Assembly (NCBI RefSeq): GCF_020745735.1
Contig: NC_083419.1
Coordinates: 28,542,085-28,606,084 of the forward strand
DNA: 64,000 bases
Direction: 5' to 3'
Origin: Hemiscyllium ocellatum
Lineage: Eukaryota
The notes under the pieces: generated by a model
The model's database searches: none
Told to the model about the DNA's origin: nothing
What the model saw: only the letters and a program-made list of their open reading frames with translations
Shown: positions 38,501-48,260 of the stretch, piece by piece
Layout of the letters: each line of letters opens with the position of its first letter
Numbering within the stretch: the first letter of the stretch is position 1
Program-made: the position numbers and the translations under genes

Positions 38501-41500
38501 CCATCTAGAGGATAAGGAGATGGGACCTGTAAATTTCCTTCACAGCCACACACCAACTACAATTCCACTTCCTCGCTGTCACTAGGTTAACATTTTGAAA
38601 CTCACTGTCAAACACCATGGGAACACTTCCTTCAAGTGTACTGCAGCAGTTTAAAGTGGCAGCTCATTGGCATTTTCTCAAGGACAAGGAGAGACACTAA
38701 ATGTAATCTGCACAGCCCAACACTGTAAACACTCTGTCCTACATCAATATACTTTTCTACTACCTCAACTTTTACTTTTGTTTGTCTTTGGTTTTCCAAA
38801 TCTGTCTTTGATTAAACCCTCTTCCTCACCTGTCAATTTAAACAATATGTACTAGCATATAAACATAAGAGTGTGTTAAGTCCCTTCCTGCCACATCCTA
38901 TTTACTCTTATTCATATTTACATATTGTGCTCAACCTCATTTAAGTTTCCAAACCTCTCCTGATGTGAACCATTTCCCTTCTCCACCCCCTTCCCATACT
39001 TTTTTTACTTAAAGTCCTCGCCACAGTCCCAATTTAATGATTTGCCAGAACACTGATCATAGTGTGGTTCAGATGAAGACTATGCCAATGGTACAGCTTC
39101 CTTTGCTCCTCTCGGTATTGATGTCGGTGCCTAATGAATCAAAACCCATTCTCCCCCACACAATCCTGCAGCTGCCCACATTCAGTTCTCAGATTTTATT
39201 CTCCCCACGCTTAAATAATTACTTGTTGTAATGTACACATTTGCAGTTATTTAACATTTGATAAATTACACATGTTTCTAATGGAGATTATATTATGAGA
39301 ACAATTTAGTTTCCTCAGCAACGTTTGCACTTTCACTTATTACTTCCATACTTGGGTACTTACTAACAAGAATTTTCTGTGAAGCAGAAAACAGAATGAT
39401 AAACTATACCTGCTCTGCAGTCAGCAATGGGGAATTGTCCATCCGGCTTTTCCAAGCAAATTGTCTCTGGTACTCGGAGTTTTTTTTTAAACTCTTCTGT
39501 GGTATAATTTTCAATGGTGCTGTTTCCTTAAATGCATAGCTCATCTACCAATAACAAGCAGAACATCTTTAATCCTAGTGCTGACTTTTCTCATTTTAAA
39601 GCATACTATATGAAAGTTAATTTATAAAAATGGGGAATTCAAGCCACTCACGGAACCTACCAGTACGGAAGATAAAAGTTATTTTTTGTTATGTTATGAT
39701 GGAATTAAATTTTCTTTTTATTTCTGATCTCAAACATTAACAATACTCCTCTTCCAACACTGAATTTTCTTTCATAATTTTTAAGTATACTTTTACACAA
39801 CTTCAACATCAATCTTAAGCGAACATTACTCCCTATTTCCACCCATTTTAGAAGACCAGTCACAGAGGACTTGCATCTATGCAGGGTGTACATGACAGTT
39901 TTCCTTCCGTTGAACTGGAAAGTGTTTCAACAGCTAACAGGGAAAACAAGAAGCATGGCTGGGAGTTAATGCAGTCACAACCAAAAGGGATCCTATATTT
40001 GATCATTTCTAGCAGCAAGCCAAAAATAAACAGCAGTCACCAAGAAATGATTAAGCTATGATTTTCAGCTAGAGTATGGGCAAAAGGAGTATATTTAGCA
40101 AATTAATTGTTGTTAACGCATGAACTATAACTGTCTTGACAAAGCCCTATGCAATGCTGAGGAAATTCCTTCGCTGGGAAATATTATGCAATAAGAAGGT
40201 ACAACAGCAAAATGAAATTGGAGCAGTCATAACATGCCATTACTTGAGAGCTAGTTGAGTGGAAAATGTGGTGAGAGAAAGAATGTGTAAAGGCAGCTAG
40301 TAAATGGAAAGCAACATTCAACGTAACAAAGAAGCAATGGTGATCTTGAGGGGAGATTGACCAGATCAAATCAAGATATTTCATACAGTTATATGCATCC
40401 TATTATTTAAAGGAATTTACCTGATTAAATGGACTGCCTAGCACCAAACGCACATGCGGTGGGCTGAAAAGTTCAACCTCAGTATCTGAGGTATTGCCAC
40501 AAATATTCTAATTCCCAAGGTAATTTATTCACGGTTATCAGAACAGAAATAAATTACGAAATATTATTTTGGTTTTTCTAAAGACTCATTAAATCATTAA
40601 TTGCATAATAAGAGCAAAACAACAATAACAATCAGCAATTAACCTGACTGCTAGGATCATTCAGGATAAATGTAACAGGTGCTAACTGTGCTGTCTATAT
40701 TAATTTCAAAACACAGTTTTATTGTTTTGCAATTGTAAAAAGTATTTTGCAATACCAATACCCATAGCCCCTTAAAATTAGTTTGAGAGTGGGTGAATAT
40801 TAGAGAAGACATTTAACTTTCAGTCGCTTTAGAGCTGCTTGCTAACAGTATGATGATGTATTTTTAAATAATTCATATTGCACTTTGTCACATAAGGAAA
40901 CAAAACAATTGTTACTGAAGATTTAAAATATAATTCTCAGTTCACAGTTACTAACCGATCATAAACTACCATGCTAGCAACTTTGTTGCTCTGTTCGCAT
41001 CAATTGTTCTCTTTACATATTCCAGAAATGACTGTTCTATAGCTATATATTTCTGAGAATAGTAAAATCATTCTGCACAATATCGTCTTTTTCTGCACAA
41101 GCATATGTTTGCATCCAGGGCTAAATATCTTCCAGAGAAATAGGTCAGGTTAAGATTTTTTTGACTTTTGATTTATTGTTGTTACATGGACATAGATACA
41201 GTGAAAACTGTTGTTTTATCTGCTATGCAGGTAGATTGTATCATACAAAGTGCATCAGGGAGCAGAATAGAGTGCAGAATCCAGTATTGCAGTAGAGGAG
41301 AAGATGCTGAGAGAGAAATAAACATTAACATTAAGAGAACCATTCAAAAGTATGATAACAGCAGGGAATAAAATATAATATGTTCTAAATGACTGTTGTA
41401 ATCCACTAACTACTAGTACTATGATTCCTCTATAAAAGATGTGCAATTGCTTAAAAGACTTCGACTTCTTAATAAGGTGTTAAATGTAACAAGGTCCCAC

Positions 41501-44500
41501 ATAGACATTCTCATAGATCTTAAAAACAAAATCGAAGGATTAATACAAAATAATTAAACATTTTGATATTTTCAGAAGATAGTTGTAAATATAAACATTT
41601 AATTTTGGCAGTTATTTAATATAGTCTACAGAAGACTAAAAAACAAGTGGCATAAAATTTTAATTGTCATTCCTACTTACACCATTATGAACTGCCTTAT
41701 CCCCACTCTTTTTTCCAGAAGACATGTTGGCTTCTTTTCCTTTCTGAACAACTGCAGCCAATTGCCTGTCTCTAGCCAGTGATGGTTCTAATTCTGAATG
41801 CAAATGACAGTCCACAGACCGTGATCTGGCAACTTTAGGCTCTCGAGGAGCATTGGGAGTTTTGGATTCTTCCTGGTTATCTTGATCCTTCTCAGTTCCT
41901 CTTTCATTTAAAACAGAAGATTGTGGTTTAGTTAGTTCAGACATTTTGGGTTCTGGTTCATGAGATCTACTATTTGAATCACTACTCCAGTCCCACTGAA
42001 AAGATTTTGAAGCTTGAGGTCTGTAGTATGGCACACGTTTCTTAGAGATAAAATTTGGCTCCTTTGTATTCCCTATAATACAAAAAGATATTTTTTAAAA
42101 TCCTTATCATAATCAATTAAATTGTAAAATCAGATTTCAGATTTTTCCCCAGTAAACAAACTGCATTTATATGGCAGATTCCATATCCACTGGACTCAAG
42201 TTGTCTTACAGTCATGGCTAAATATATTTGAACAAGCTAGAGAATCATCCTTCTAATGTAAAAAATATGACAGCTTGTGCAATCTCAGCAAACTCCCATA
42301 AATAGCAAAATGATAACGACCAGGTATCAGCTTTTCTAATGTTAATTGAGTGACAAATATTGTCTCATATGGAAAATGGCATCTCCAAACGTGTAGGGCT
42401 CCGTGGTATTGAACTGAAGTATCACCTTTGATTTTTGTTCCCGAATGTAATTCAAAAGTGATTGTGCTGCCAACTGTGTTCCACCAGCTGATTGTTATGT
42501 TTCAAGGACTATTTGTGACACTGCAGGTTCATGTTCTGTTAGAACTGATTCCTGCATGTCAATCTGTTTTAGGTCTCTTGTGGCGGAATGGTACTGTCCT
42601 GACCTCTAGACCAGAAGACTCAGATTTGAGTCCTACTTGTTTGAGAGGTGCGTAATAGTAACTCTAAACAGGTTGAATAGAAAATTTAAAATATCAACTC
42701 CTTTTTGAAATGAAATATTCATGACAAAATTTAGTTTTAAAGCTTTACATGATATTTCCAACAAGCCTCACATTCCCCAGTACACAATTTATTTTTGGAG
42801 ATACTTCAGCAATGTGCCTTGGGATACCTACATGAAATAAGATTAAAATAATATTTTGTTGTTTTCCAATTTAGCTTTTTATCTTTTGAAATGTACTTTT
42901 CTGCACATGTTCAAAATCCTGCATTAGATCCATTGTAACTTCCTCTGTTCCAGCATCGATATGGTTGGAGTGTGATACAAGGAAGAAATAACACTCAACC
43001 TTTTCTTAAAAAAAAATCTTTTATTCTGATTAATCTTTACAGCATCATATCCTGCCTCTAGTTGGATGCCCATAATTGCATGCAACATTTCAATTTCATC
43101 AAAACAATCACTCTGCAGCGAGTATCATTTGTTTGCCACTGTACTGAACACTTCAATCTATAACCATCTGTAGCTTTCATATGGTCTTTCAATTTAAATT
43201 CCCACCTCTAAAATCAATGCATCCTGGTACCCTTTGATATTTCTCTTTCTCTAATTTATTGCTGTTTCAGTTTCCACTTTTCTCACTGCTGATTCCCTAC
43301 AAAAACTATAGGCTCATGTTTGCCTGCAATGATCTGGCAACCTGTCTCTGAACTCCTGCACTTTTATCTGATAATTTGTTGTACTCCTTTATTTGGTATT
43401 AGCAAACATCAATATAATTCATCCCAAATCAATATCAAATTTATAGGGAGCATGGGATAAAAAGAGGGAAGAATCACTTAATTACTTAATACCTTATTAA
43501 TGAAGTGTTAACTCTTTTTCTCTCATCATAGATACTACTTGGTTCAATCAGTATTGTTAGCACTTTGTTTTTACTATCTAACACTCTCAGTTGGACAATT
43601 GTGAATTTATTTTGGTTACAAAAGCAGCGCCTACAGTTAAATGTTTATTGAAAATTATCACTTGCGTATAATAGGCTTACCCAGCTGGTCTGAGGGCAAA
43701 CCTGCCCAAGGTACTTTTTGCTTAGAAAGGGGACTAGAAGAATTTGATCTCTGAGAGTCGTTCCATTTGAAATTTCGTTTGTATTCACTTAAACCCTAAG
43801 TAGTAAGGTAGACAAAATAATTTGAATTCAATGTCAATTACTGAAAAGTCAAACATTTTCTTTCAAGAAACATAAAACTATTCAATACATAATATATGTC
43901 AAAAACAAACTTTAAAAGGATACATCTTCTTGGTTGACTGAAAAATAATTATAAGAGATGCAAGGAAAAAAAAATTTTGTTTCTTTCACATCAGCATATC
44001 TCAAACTACAATCACACTTAAATAATTACTTTTGAAATGTAGTCAATATTGTAATGTAAGTTAACATCACAATCAACTTGCTCACTGTAAGAAATTATTG
44101 ATTAGATTCTATTTGATGGTGGCGTTTAAGCTGTGTAAGCTGGTCTGGATAGAATATCTATGGTTACCAATACTCTTCGCATTCCTGAAGGAGTGATCAC
44201 AAAACTTTTATCAAAGATTTAGGATTTTCAAACATTATTGCATTTTTTAAATAAAAGTTTGGTTCCCGAAAGGAGCACGTTTACTCCTTTTTCAGTAACT
44301 AACTGCAGTACCAAAATTAGGGAGAAAAAACAGGATTTTACTTTCCCCCCCAATGGCACCATAAAAAGTGTTCTCTATATCTGCAAAAGATGCACTATGA
44401 TGTCTTCACAAAGTATAAACCGCAGTCTTTCTATCATCCGAGGACTGTGCTCTCTGATCCCAAGAGATGAAAATAAGGCCACTTCCTTACAGTTGTTATT

Positions 44501-46031
44501 ATTTTGCTTGATAACTGTCATATTCACTCAGTTTACTGGTTCACACATGTACTAAAGTAGTGCTACCAAATACTGTCCACTGCACAATGCTCATCAAAAC
44601 TCAGTCTTCTCTCAAATGATACATTAGTGCTGTTTATCAATCCTACTTTTTCCCCAAGGCTGCTTGCATTCCAAGGATGCTCAGGCAAAGAATTCTATTC
44701 CTGAAGACGCCCAGAAAATTGTAGGGAGAACACTACTACTCTTTATATTGTGCCGGGGAAACTCATACATGCACAGAGTAGGTAGAGGTGGGAGGGCCAC
44801 AGCTTGACGTGCAAATGGCAAGAAATCAGACAATACAACCTCTTTCAGAACTATACTGGAGTGTGTAATGATTTATTTAAATCCTTAAGTTTGGCCAGCC
44901 ATCCTACTGATTCAAGCTCTACCAACAAATTATAAATCATACTCATCACAATGCTATTTTTTTTTAAATTACAATTTCTATTTAAATACACCTGATCCAT
45001 TCATATTCCTGGTTCCAGTTTAGGCAGTAATAAGAATAAATTGTGGAGGATACTTTCACTTTCTGTCCATATAACTGACTCAACTACTTCATTTGGTGGA
45101 ATAGAAATTAAACAAAATTATAGGCAAAATATTCAGATGTAACCTTTTATCAATTGCCTTTGAAAAATTAATCCAACCCAACATCAAATAGTGCGCAATC
45201 ACAGCCAGATGGTGTGTTTATTTATAGGTACTGTGCTGCAGCAATAATGCATGTAGCTTTGAATCCTTACCTAATCCGAGTGGTTTTAATCACATTCATC
45301 TCCTGAGGGGTGGTTATTGCCAGATTATAGGAACTGATTTTAATTTGTTTTAAAGGGGAACTGGAACTGTATTTTTATTTGGTCACATCTTTTAGCTGAT
45401 TTTGTAATCATTTTTACAAAAGGTTGAATTTTCCTTAATACCTGTTAAATAACTGAGCCTGGACGGGAAGAAAATATTTCAAAGATGGAATGAGTAGGGT
45501 GAAAGATGGGGTACGAAGGGGAGTGAGTGAGTCAGAGGTTAAGTAATGGGGTGAGGGCAGGCAGGGGTTGAACGAAGGAGATGAGGGATATTGAGGTTTA
45601 TGGCGGGAGGGCTGTGAGTGAGAGGAAACCGCATAACGGAGGAAATGGAGAAAGTGAGGACTGCAGATGCTGGAGATCAAAGCGTGGCACTGGAAAAGCA
45701 CAGCAGGTCAGGCAGCATCCGAGGAACAGAAGAGTTAATATTTTGGGCATAAGCAGTTCATCAGGAATGTTGGGGTGGGTGGGGAGCTGAGACATAAATA
45801 GGAGGGTGCGGTGGGGTGAAGGTAGCTGGGAAGGAGATAGTGGAAGGGGAGAGTGACAGGGAAAGAAAGAGGGGAAAAGGGGTGAGTGAGGAAGAGGGGA
45901 AAAGGGGTGAGTGAGGAAGAGGGGAGGTGAGGAAGCCACAGGCAACAATTTTGGCAGACTGCATGTTATTAAAATTCGACTGTTTTACATTAAAGATCAG
46001 TGAGAGAACTCACCTTGAAGTGCAAGGGCAT
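14460..46031 (-). CDS. MDM1: Nuclear protein MDM1 (centriolar microtubule-binding protein), 15 coding exons, 762 aa
   Basis: Joined exons 46014-46031, 43681-43795, 41681-42072, 39410-39544, 25378-25554, 24619-24758, 24437-24518, 24034-24072, 23544-23719, 22663-22947, 19187-19350, 17720-17853, 16706-16952, 16023-16091, 14460-14575 give 2289 nt, all GT-AG with matching phases. Recognisable MDM1 motifs: [108 protein letters not shown]. Confidence 0.96.
16023..16091 (-). CDS. MDM1: MDM1 exon 14 ([11 protein letters not shown]...)
   Basis: 69-nt phase 1 to 1 open exon; AAAG acceptor, GTAATT donor. Confidence 0.8.
16706..16952 (-). CDS. MDM1: MDM1 exon 13 ([17 protein letters not shown]...[14 protein letters not shown])
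   Basis: ORF 16641..16895; conserved motifs and canonical splice sites. Confidence 0.94.
17720..17853 (-). CDS. MDM1: MDM1 exon 12 ([10 protein letters not shown]...)
   Basis: ORF 17681..17887; CCAG acceptor, GTACAG donor. Confidence 0.92.
17899..18222 (-). mobile_element. Young HE1/V-SINE-type SINE in an MDM1 intron
   Basis: Near full length with CpGs retained; (TTAGAC)n tail. Confidence 0.9.
19187..19350 (-). CDS. MDM1: MDM1 exon 11 ([10 protein letters not shown]...[11 protein letters not shown])
   Basis: Conserved MDM1 motif; phase 2 to 1. Confidence 0.94.
20690..21459 (-). mobile_element. CR1 LINE 3' fragment nested in the Penelope element
   Basis: ORF 20925..21485 CR1 RT end; (ACATAGA)n tail; TSD TGAATG (20684-20689 / 21460-21465). 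Confidence 0.92.
21998..22037 (+). ncRNA. Minimal hammerhead ribozyme motif in the Penelope terminus (mirror copy 19556-19595, minus)
   Basis: GCA CTGAGGA T GTC ACCTAGAAAGGG GAC GAAA CGTT TGC. Confidence 0.65.
22663..22947 (-). CDS. MDM1: MDM1 exon 10 (...[11 protein letters not shown]...)
   Basis: ORF 22656..22964; TTTTAG acceptor, GTATTG donor; 285 nt. Confidence 0.9.
23544..23719 (-). CDS. MDM1: MDM1 exon 9 ([25 protein letters not shown]...LDLAR)
   Basis: ORF 23513..23719; highly characteristic MDM1 block. Confidence 0.96.
24034..24072 (-). CDS. MDM1: MDM1 exon 8, 39-nt microexon ([13 protein letters not shown])
   Basis: CTGTAG acceptor, GTTAGT donor; supplies the conserved WYAE preceding VKELREKAE. 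Confidence 0.88.
24437..24518 (-). CDS. MDM1: MDM1 exon 7 ([14 protein letters not shown]...GAY)
   Basis: TTTTTTCCAG acceptor, GTAGGT donor; fourth repeat motif. Confidence 0.9.
24619..24758 (-). CDS. MDM1: MDM1 exon 6 (LKTVHPK...SRKGLR)
   Basis: Open frame whose phase 0 to 2 change is required to join exons 5 and 7; weak AAG acceptor with an in-frame alternative 6 nt downstream. Confidence 0.75.
25378..25554 (-). CDS. MDM1: MDM1 exon 5 (...[10 protein letters not shown]...)
   Basis: Overlaps ORF 25318..25530; CTAG acceptor, GTAATT donor; third repeat motif. Confidence 0.92.
25733..26020 (+). mobile_element. Old tRNA-derived (Deu/SacSINE-like) SINE
   Basis: GGTGGCATAGTGGTAAT head, GAGTTCAATTCTC B-box-like motif, CACTAACATCCTTTAGAAAAGGAAATCTG core. 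Confidence 0.55.
26132..26640. mobile_element. Possible Tc1/mariner (Tigger-like) non-autonomous DNA transposon remnant
   Basis: TA-CAG start with GCTGCAATAAC..GAAAATC..CCTATGGGAAAA typical of such MITEs; internal GCGCATG(C/T)GCA repeats. Confidence 0.35.
26985..28560 (-). mobile_element. Degenerate CR1 LINE fragments with nested insertions
   Basis: CR1 3' tails and antisense RT remnants; the host LINE continues at 29200-29266 and 36850-37800 across the ERV. Confidence 0.6.
27980..28188. mobile_element. Palindromic Penelope-derived mini-element (second subfamily)
   Basis: Inverted arms; TSD CTTTTGTAATAAAAG (27965-27979 / 28189-28203). Confidence 0.8.
29267..29692 (+). repeat. 5' LTR
   Basis: TCAGAAAG...GACGACA; contains CCAAT and AATAAA (~29625); similar to the 3' LTR at roughly 85-90% by eye. 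Confidence 0.88.
31529..31632 (+). pseudogene. Retroviral integrase C-terminal remnant
   Basis: [32 protein letters not shown] resembles the helix-plus-LQPGD region of gamma/epsilon-type IN; correct position within the LTR element. Confidence 0.5.
31637..32380 (+). mobile_element. CR1 LINE 3' fragment inside the ERV
   Basis: ORFs 31658..31939 and 31915..32244; (CTCTATGA)2 tail abutting the RBPMS2 copy. Confidence 0.9.
32392..32712 (+). pseudogene. RBPMS2: Processed, internally deleted RBPMS2 retrocopy inside the ERV
   Basis: [61 protein letters not shown]...AAKNA, then a jump to [20 protein letters not shown]. Intronless RRM plus RBPMS2-type C-terminus; premature stops and a frameshift. Confidence 0.9.
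32909..33659 (+). pseudogene. Retroviral env transmembrane/cytoplasmic remnant split by a short Penelope-derived insertion
   Basis: Removing the insertion (TGTTATAATCA duplicated) gives [40 protein letters not shown] directly before the PPT. Confidence 0.6.
32973..33540. mobile_element. Penelope-like terminal fragment with inverted ends
   Basis: Shares termini with 33870-36601; hammerhead-like CTGAAGA..GAAA on both strands. Confidence 0.8.
33660..36849 (+). repeat. 3' LTR interrupted by a Penelope-like element (LTR parts ~33660-33869 and ~36602-36849)
   Basis: TGAGAAAG...GATGACA; the LTR alignment resumes exactly across the CAGTCA duplication. Confidence 0.88.
33870..36601 (+). mobile_element. 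Penelope-like element (RT + GIY-YIG) with inverted 3' copy at its left end
   Basis: ORF 34929..36278 ([29 protein letters not shown]); [18 protein letters not shown] endonuclease motif; TSD CAGTCA. Confidence 0.9.
36850..37800 (-). mobile_element. Old CR1 LINE fragment (host of the ERV insertion)
   Basis: LLAWIKDWL motif; antisense SPGPDG-like segment. Confidence 0.6.
38055..38700 (+). mobile_element. Degenerate CR1-type LINE 3' fragment
   Basis: [31 protein letters not shown] remnants. Confidence 0.6.
39410..39544 (-). CDS. MDM1: MDM1 exon 4 (...[11 protein letters not shown]...)
   Basis: 135 nt open frame between TAG and GTATAG; second repeat motif. Confidence 0.92.
41681..42072 (-). CDS. 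MDM1: MDM1 exon 3 ([19 protein letters not shown]...)
   Basis: Overlaps ORF 41660..42034; TAG acceptor, GTAAGT donor; phase 1 to 0. Confidence 0.93.
43681..43795 (-). CDS. MDM1: MDM1 exon 2 ([11 protein letters not shown]...[11 protein letters not shown])
   Basis: TTAG acceptor, GTAAGC donor, 115 nt, contains the first SEY..F repeat. Confidence 0.95.
45647..45850 (-). mobile_element. Penelope-like terminal fragment in MDM1 intron 1
   Basis: GAGAAAGTGAGGACTGCAGATGCTGGAG terminus shared with other copies. Confidence 0.7.
46014..46031 (-). CDS. MDM1: MDM1 coding exon 1 (MPLHFK)
   Basis: ATG CCC TTG CAC TTC AAG followed by donor GTGAGT; resembles the vertebrate MDM1 start MPVRFK. Confidence 0.9.
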
Positions 46032-46250
46032 GTTCCCGGCAATCCGGCCTCTTGACCCCCCAAGAGTTTCTCAGAACCTAGTGGCACCTCCCCCTTACTG
46101 AGATCCCCATGCCGCCACCCCCCCCCCCCCCGTATCCCTCCTGCCTGAGATGCTCAATACCACCAGGCCCCCACCCAGTCCACTAACCCCTCTGTTCCAC
46201 ACCCCACCCCCCGAGACTGAGATGCTTGGTGCCTTGTCCCCAATATCGCC

Positions 46251-48115
46251 GGTACCTCTCCCTCCCCCGCCCCCCTCACTGTCCCCTGTACCTCTCCCTC
46301 CCCCGCCCCCCCCTCACTGTCCCCTGTACCTCTCCCTCCCCCGCCCCCCCCCTCACTGTCCCCTGTACCTCTCCCTCCCCCGCCCCCCCCTCACTGTCCC
46401 CTGTACCTCTCCCTCCCCCGCCCCCCCCTCACTGTCCCCTGTACCTCTCCCTCCCCCGCCCCCCCCTCACTGTCCCCTGTACCTCTCCCTCCCCCGCCCC
46501 CCCCTCACTGTCCCCTGTACCTCTCCCTCCCCCCCCCCCCCTCACTGTCCCCTGTACCTCTCTCTCCCCCTCACTGTCCCCGGTATCTCCCTCCCCCGCC
46601 CCCCCCTCACTGTCCCCTGTACCTCTCTCTCCCCCGCCCCCCCCTCACTGTCCCCTGTACCTCTCTCTCCCCCGCCCCCCCCTCACTGTCCCCGGTACCT
46701 CTCTCTCCCCCGCCCCCCCCTCACTGTCCCCGGTACCTCTCTCTCCCCCGCCCCCCCCTCACTGTCCCCTGTACCTCTCTCTCCCCCGCCCCCCCCCTCA
46801 CTGTCCCCGGTACCTCTCTCTCCCCCGCCCCCCCCTCACTGTCCCCGGTATCTCCCTCCCCCGCCCCCCCTCACTGTCCCCGGTATCTCCCTCCCCCGCT
46901 CTCCCTCACTGTCCCCGGTATCTCCCTCCCCCGCCCCCCCCTCACTGTCCCCGGTACCTCTCTCTCCCCCGCCCCCCCCTCACTGTCCCCGGTACCTCTC
47001 CCTCCCCCGCCGCCCCCCCCTCACTGTCCCCGGTACCTCTCTCTCCCCCGCCCCCCCCTCACTGTCCCCGGTACCTCTCCCTCCCCCGCCCCCCCCCCCT
47101 CACTGTCCCCGGTACCTCTCCCTCCCCCGCCCCCCCCCCCTCACTGTCCCCGGTACCTCTCTCTCCCCCTCACTGTCCCCGGTATCTCCCTCCCCCGCCC
47201 CCCCCTCACTGTCCCCGGTACCTCTCTCTCCCCCTCACTGTCCCCGGTACCTCTCTCTCCCCCTCACTGTCCCCGGTATCTCTCTCCCCCGCCCCCCCCC
47301 TCACTGTCCCCTGTACCTCTCCCTCCCCCGCCCCCCCTCACTGTCCCCTGTACCTCTCCCTCCCCCGCCCCCCCCCCTCACTGTCCCCTGTACCTCTCCC
47401 TCCCCCGCCCCCCCCCTCACTGTCCCCTGTACCTCTCCCCCCCCCGCCCCCCCCCCTCACTGTCCCCTGTACCTCTCCCTCCCCCTCACTGTCCCCGGTA
47501 TCTCCCTCCCCCGCCCCCCCTCACTGTCCCCGGTACCTCTCTCTCCCCCTCACTGTCCCCGGTACCTCTCTCTCCCCCTCACTGTCCCCGGTATCTCCCT
47601 CCCCCGCCCCCCCTCACTGTCCCCTGTACCTCTCCCTCCCCCTCACTGTCCCCGGTATCTCCCTCCCCCGCCCCCCCTCACTGTCCCCGGTACCTCTCTC
47701 TCCCCCTCACTGTCCCCGGTACCTCTCTCTCCCCCTCACTGTCCCCGGTATCTCCCTCCCCCGCCCCCCCCTCACTGTCCCCGGTACCTCTCCCTCCCCC
47801 GCCCCCCCCTCACTGTCCCCGGTACCTCTCTCTCCCCCCTCACTGTCCCCGGTACCTCTCTCTCCCTCACTGTCCCCGGTACCTCTCTCTCCCCCTCACT
47901 GTCCCCGGTATCTCCCTCCCCCGCCCCCCCCCTCACTGTCCCCGATATCTCCCTCCCCCGCCCCCCCCCTCACTGTCCCCGATATCTCCCTCCCCCGCCC
48001 CCCCCTCACTGTCCCCGATATCTCCCTCCCCCGCCCCCCCCCTCACTGTCCCCGATATCTCCCTCCCCCGCCCCCCCTCACTGTCCCCGATATCTCCCTC
48101 ACTGTCCCCGGTAAC
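46251..48115. repeat. C-rich (G-rich on the minus strand) minisatellite, about 50 units of ~27-40 bp
   Basis: Tandem units such as GTACCTCTCCCTCCCCCGCCCCCCCCTCACTGTCCCC(T/G), with variable C runs and short variants. Confidence 0.97.
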
Positions 48116-48260
48116 CCCCCGCTGTCCGTCTCCTGACTCTGTTGCTTTCTCCGTTTCCTTGGCGAATACCGCGTCCTTCGCCACGCGCAGGCGCACTGGA
48201 CACGCGAACCTAATTTTGAACCAATCAGAAAGCAGAGCCTCTCTCTTAAAGGGCCCACCG
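48105..48260 (-). promoter_or_regulatory. Putative MDM1 promoter
   Basis: CpG-rich unique sequence with NRF1-type CGCGCAGGCGCA (48184-48195), CCAAT (48221), CHR-like TTTGAA (48215-48220), and RFX X-box-like GTTTCCTTGGCGAA (48153-48166) and GTCCCCGGTAAC (~48104-48115). Confidence 0.65.

Noticed and set aside
46251-48115. CRISPR-like array
   Set aside because: Head-to-tail units without unique spacers, in vertebrate DNA.
46150-48136. Two long Pro-rich ORFs (654 and 636 aa) resembling extensin/formin
   Set aside because: They are read-throughs of a C-rich minisatellite that lacks stop codons in several frames; the frame drifts with C-run length and they are antisense to MDM1.
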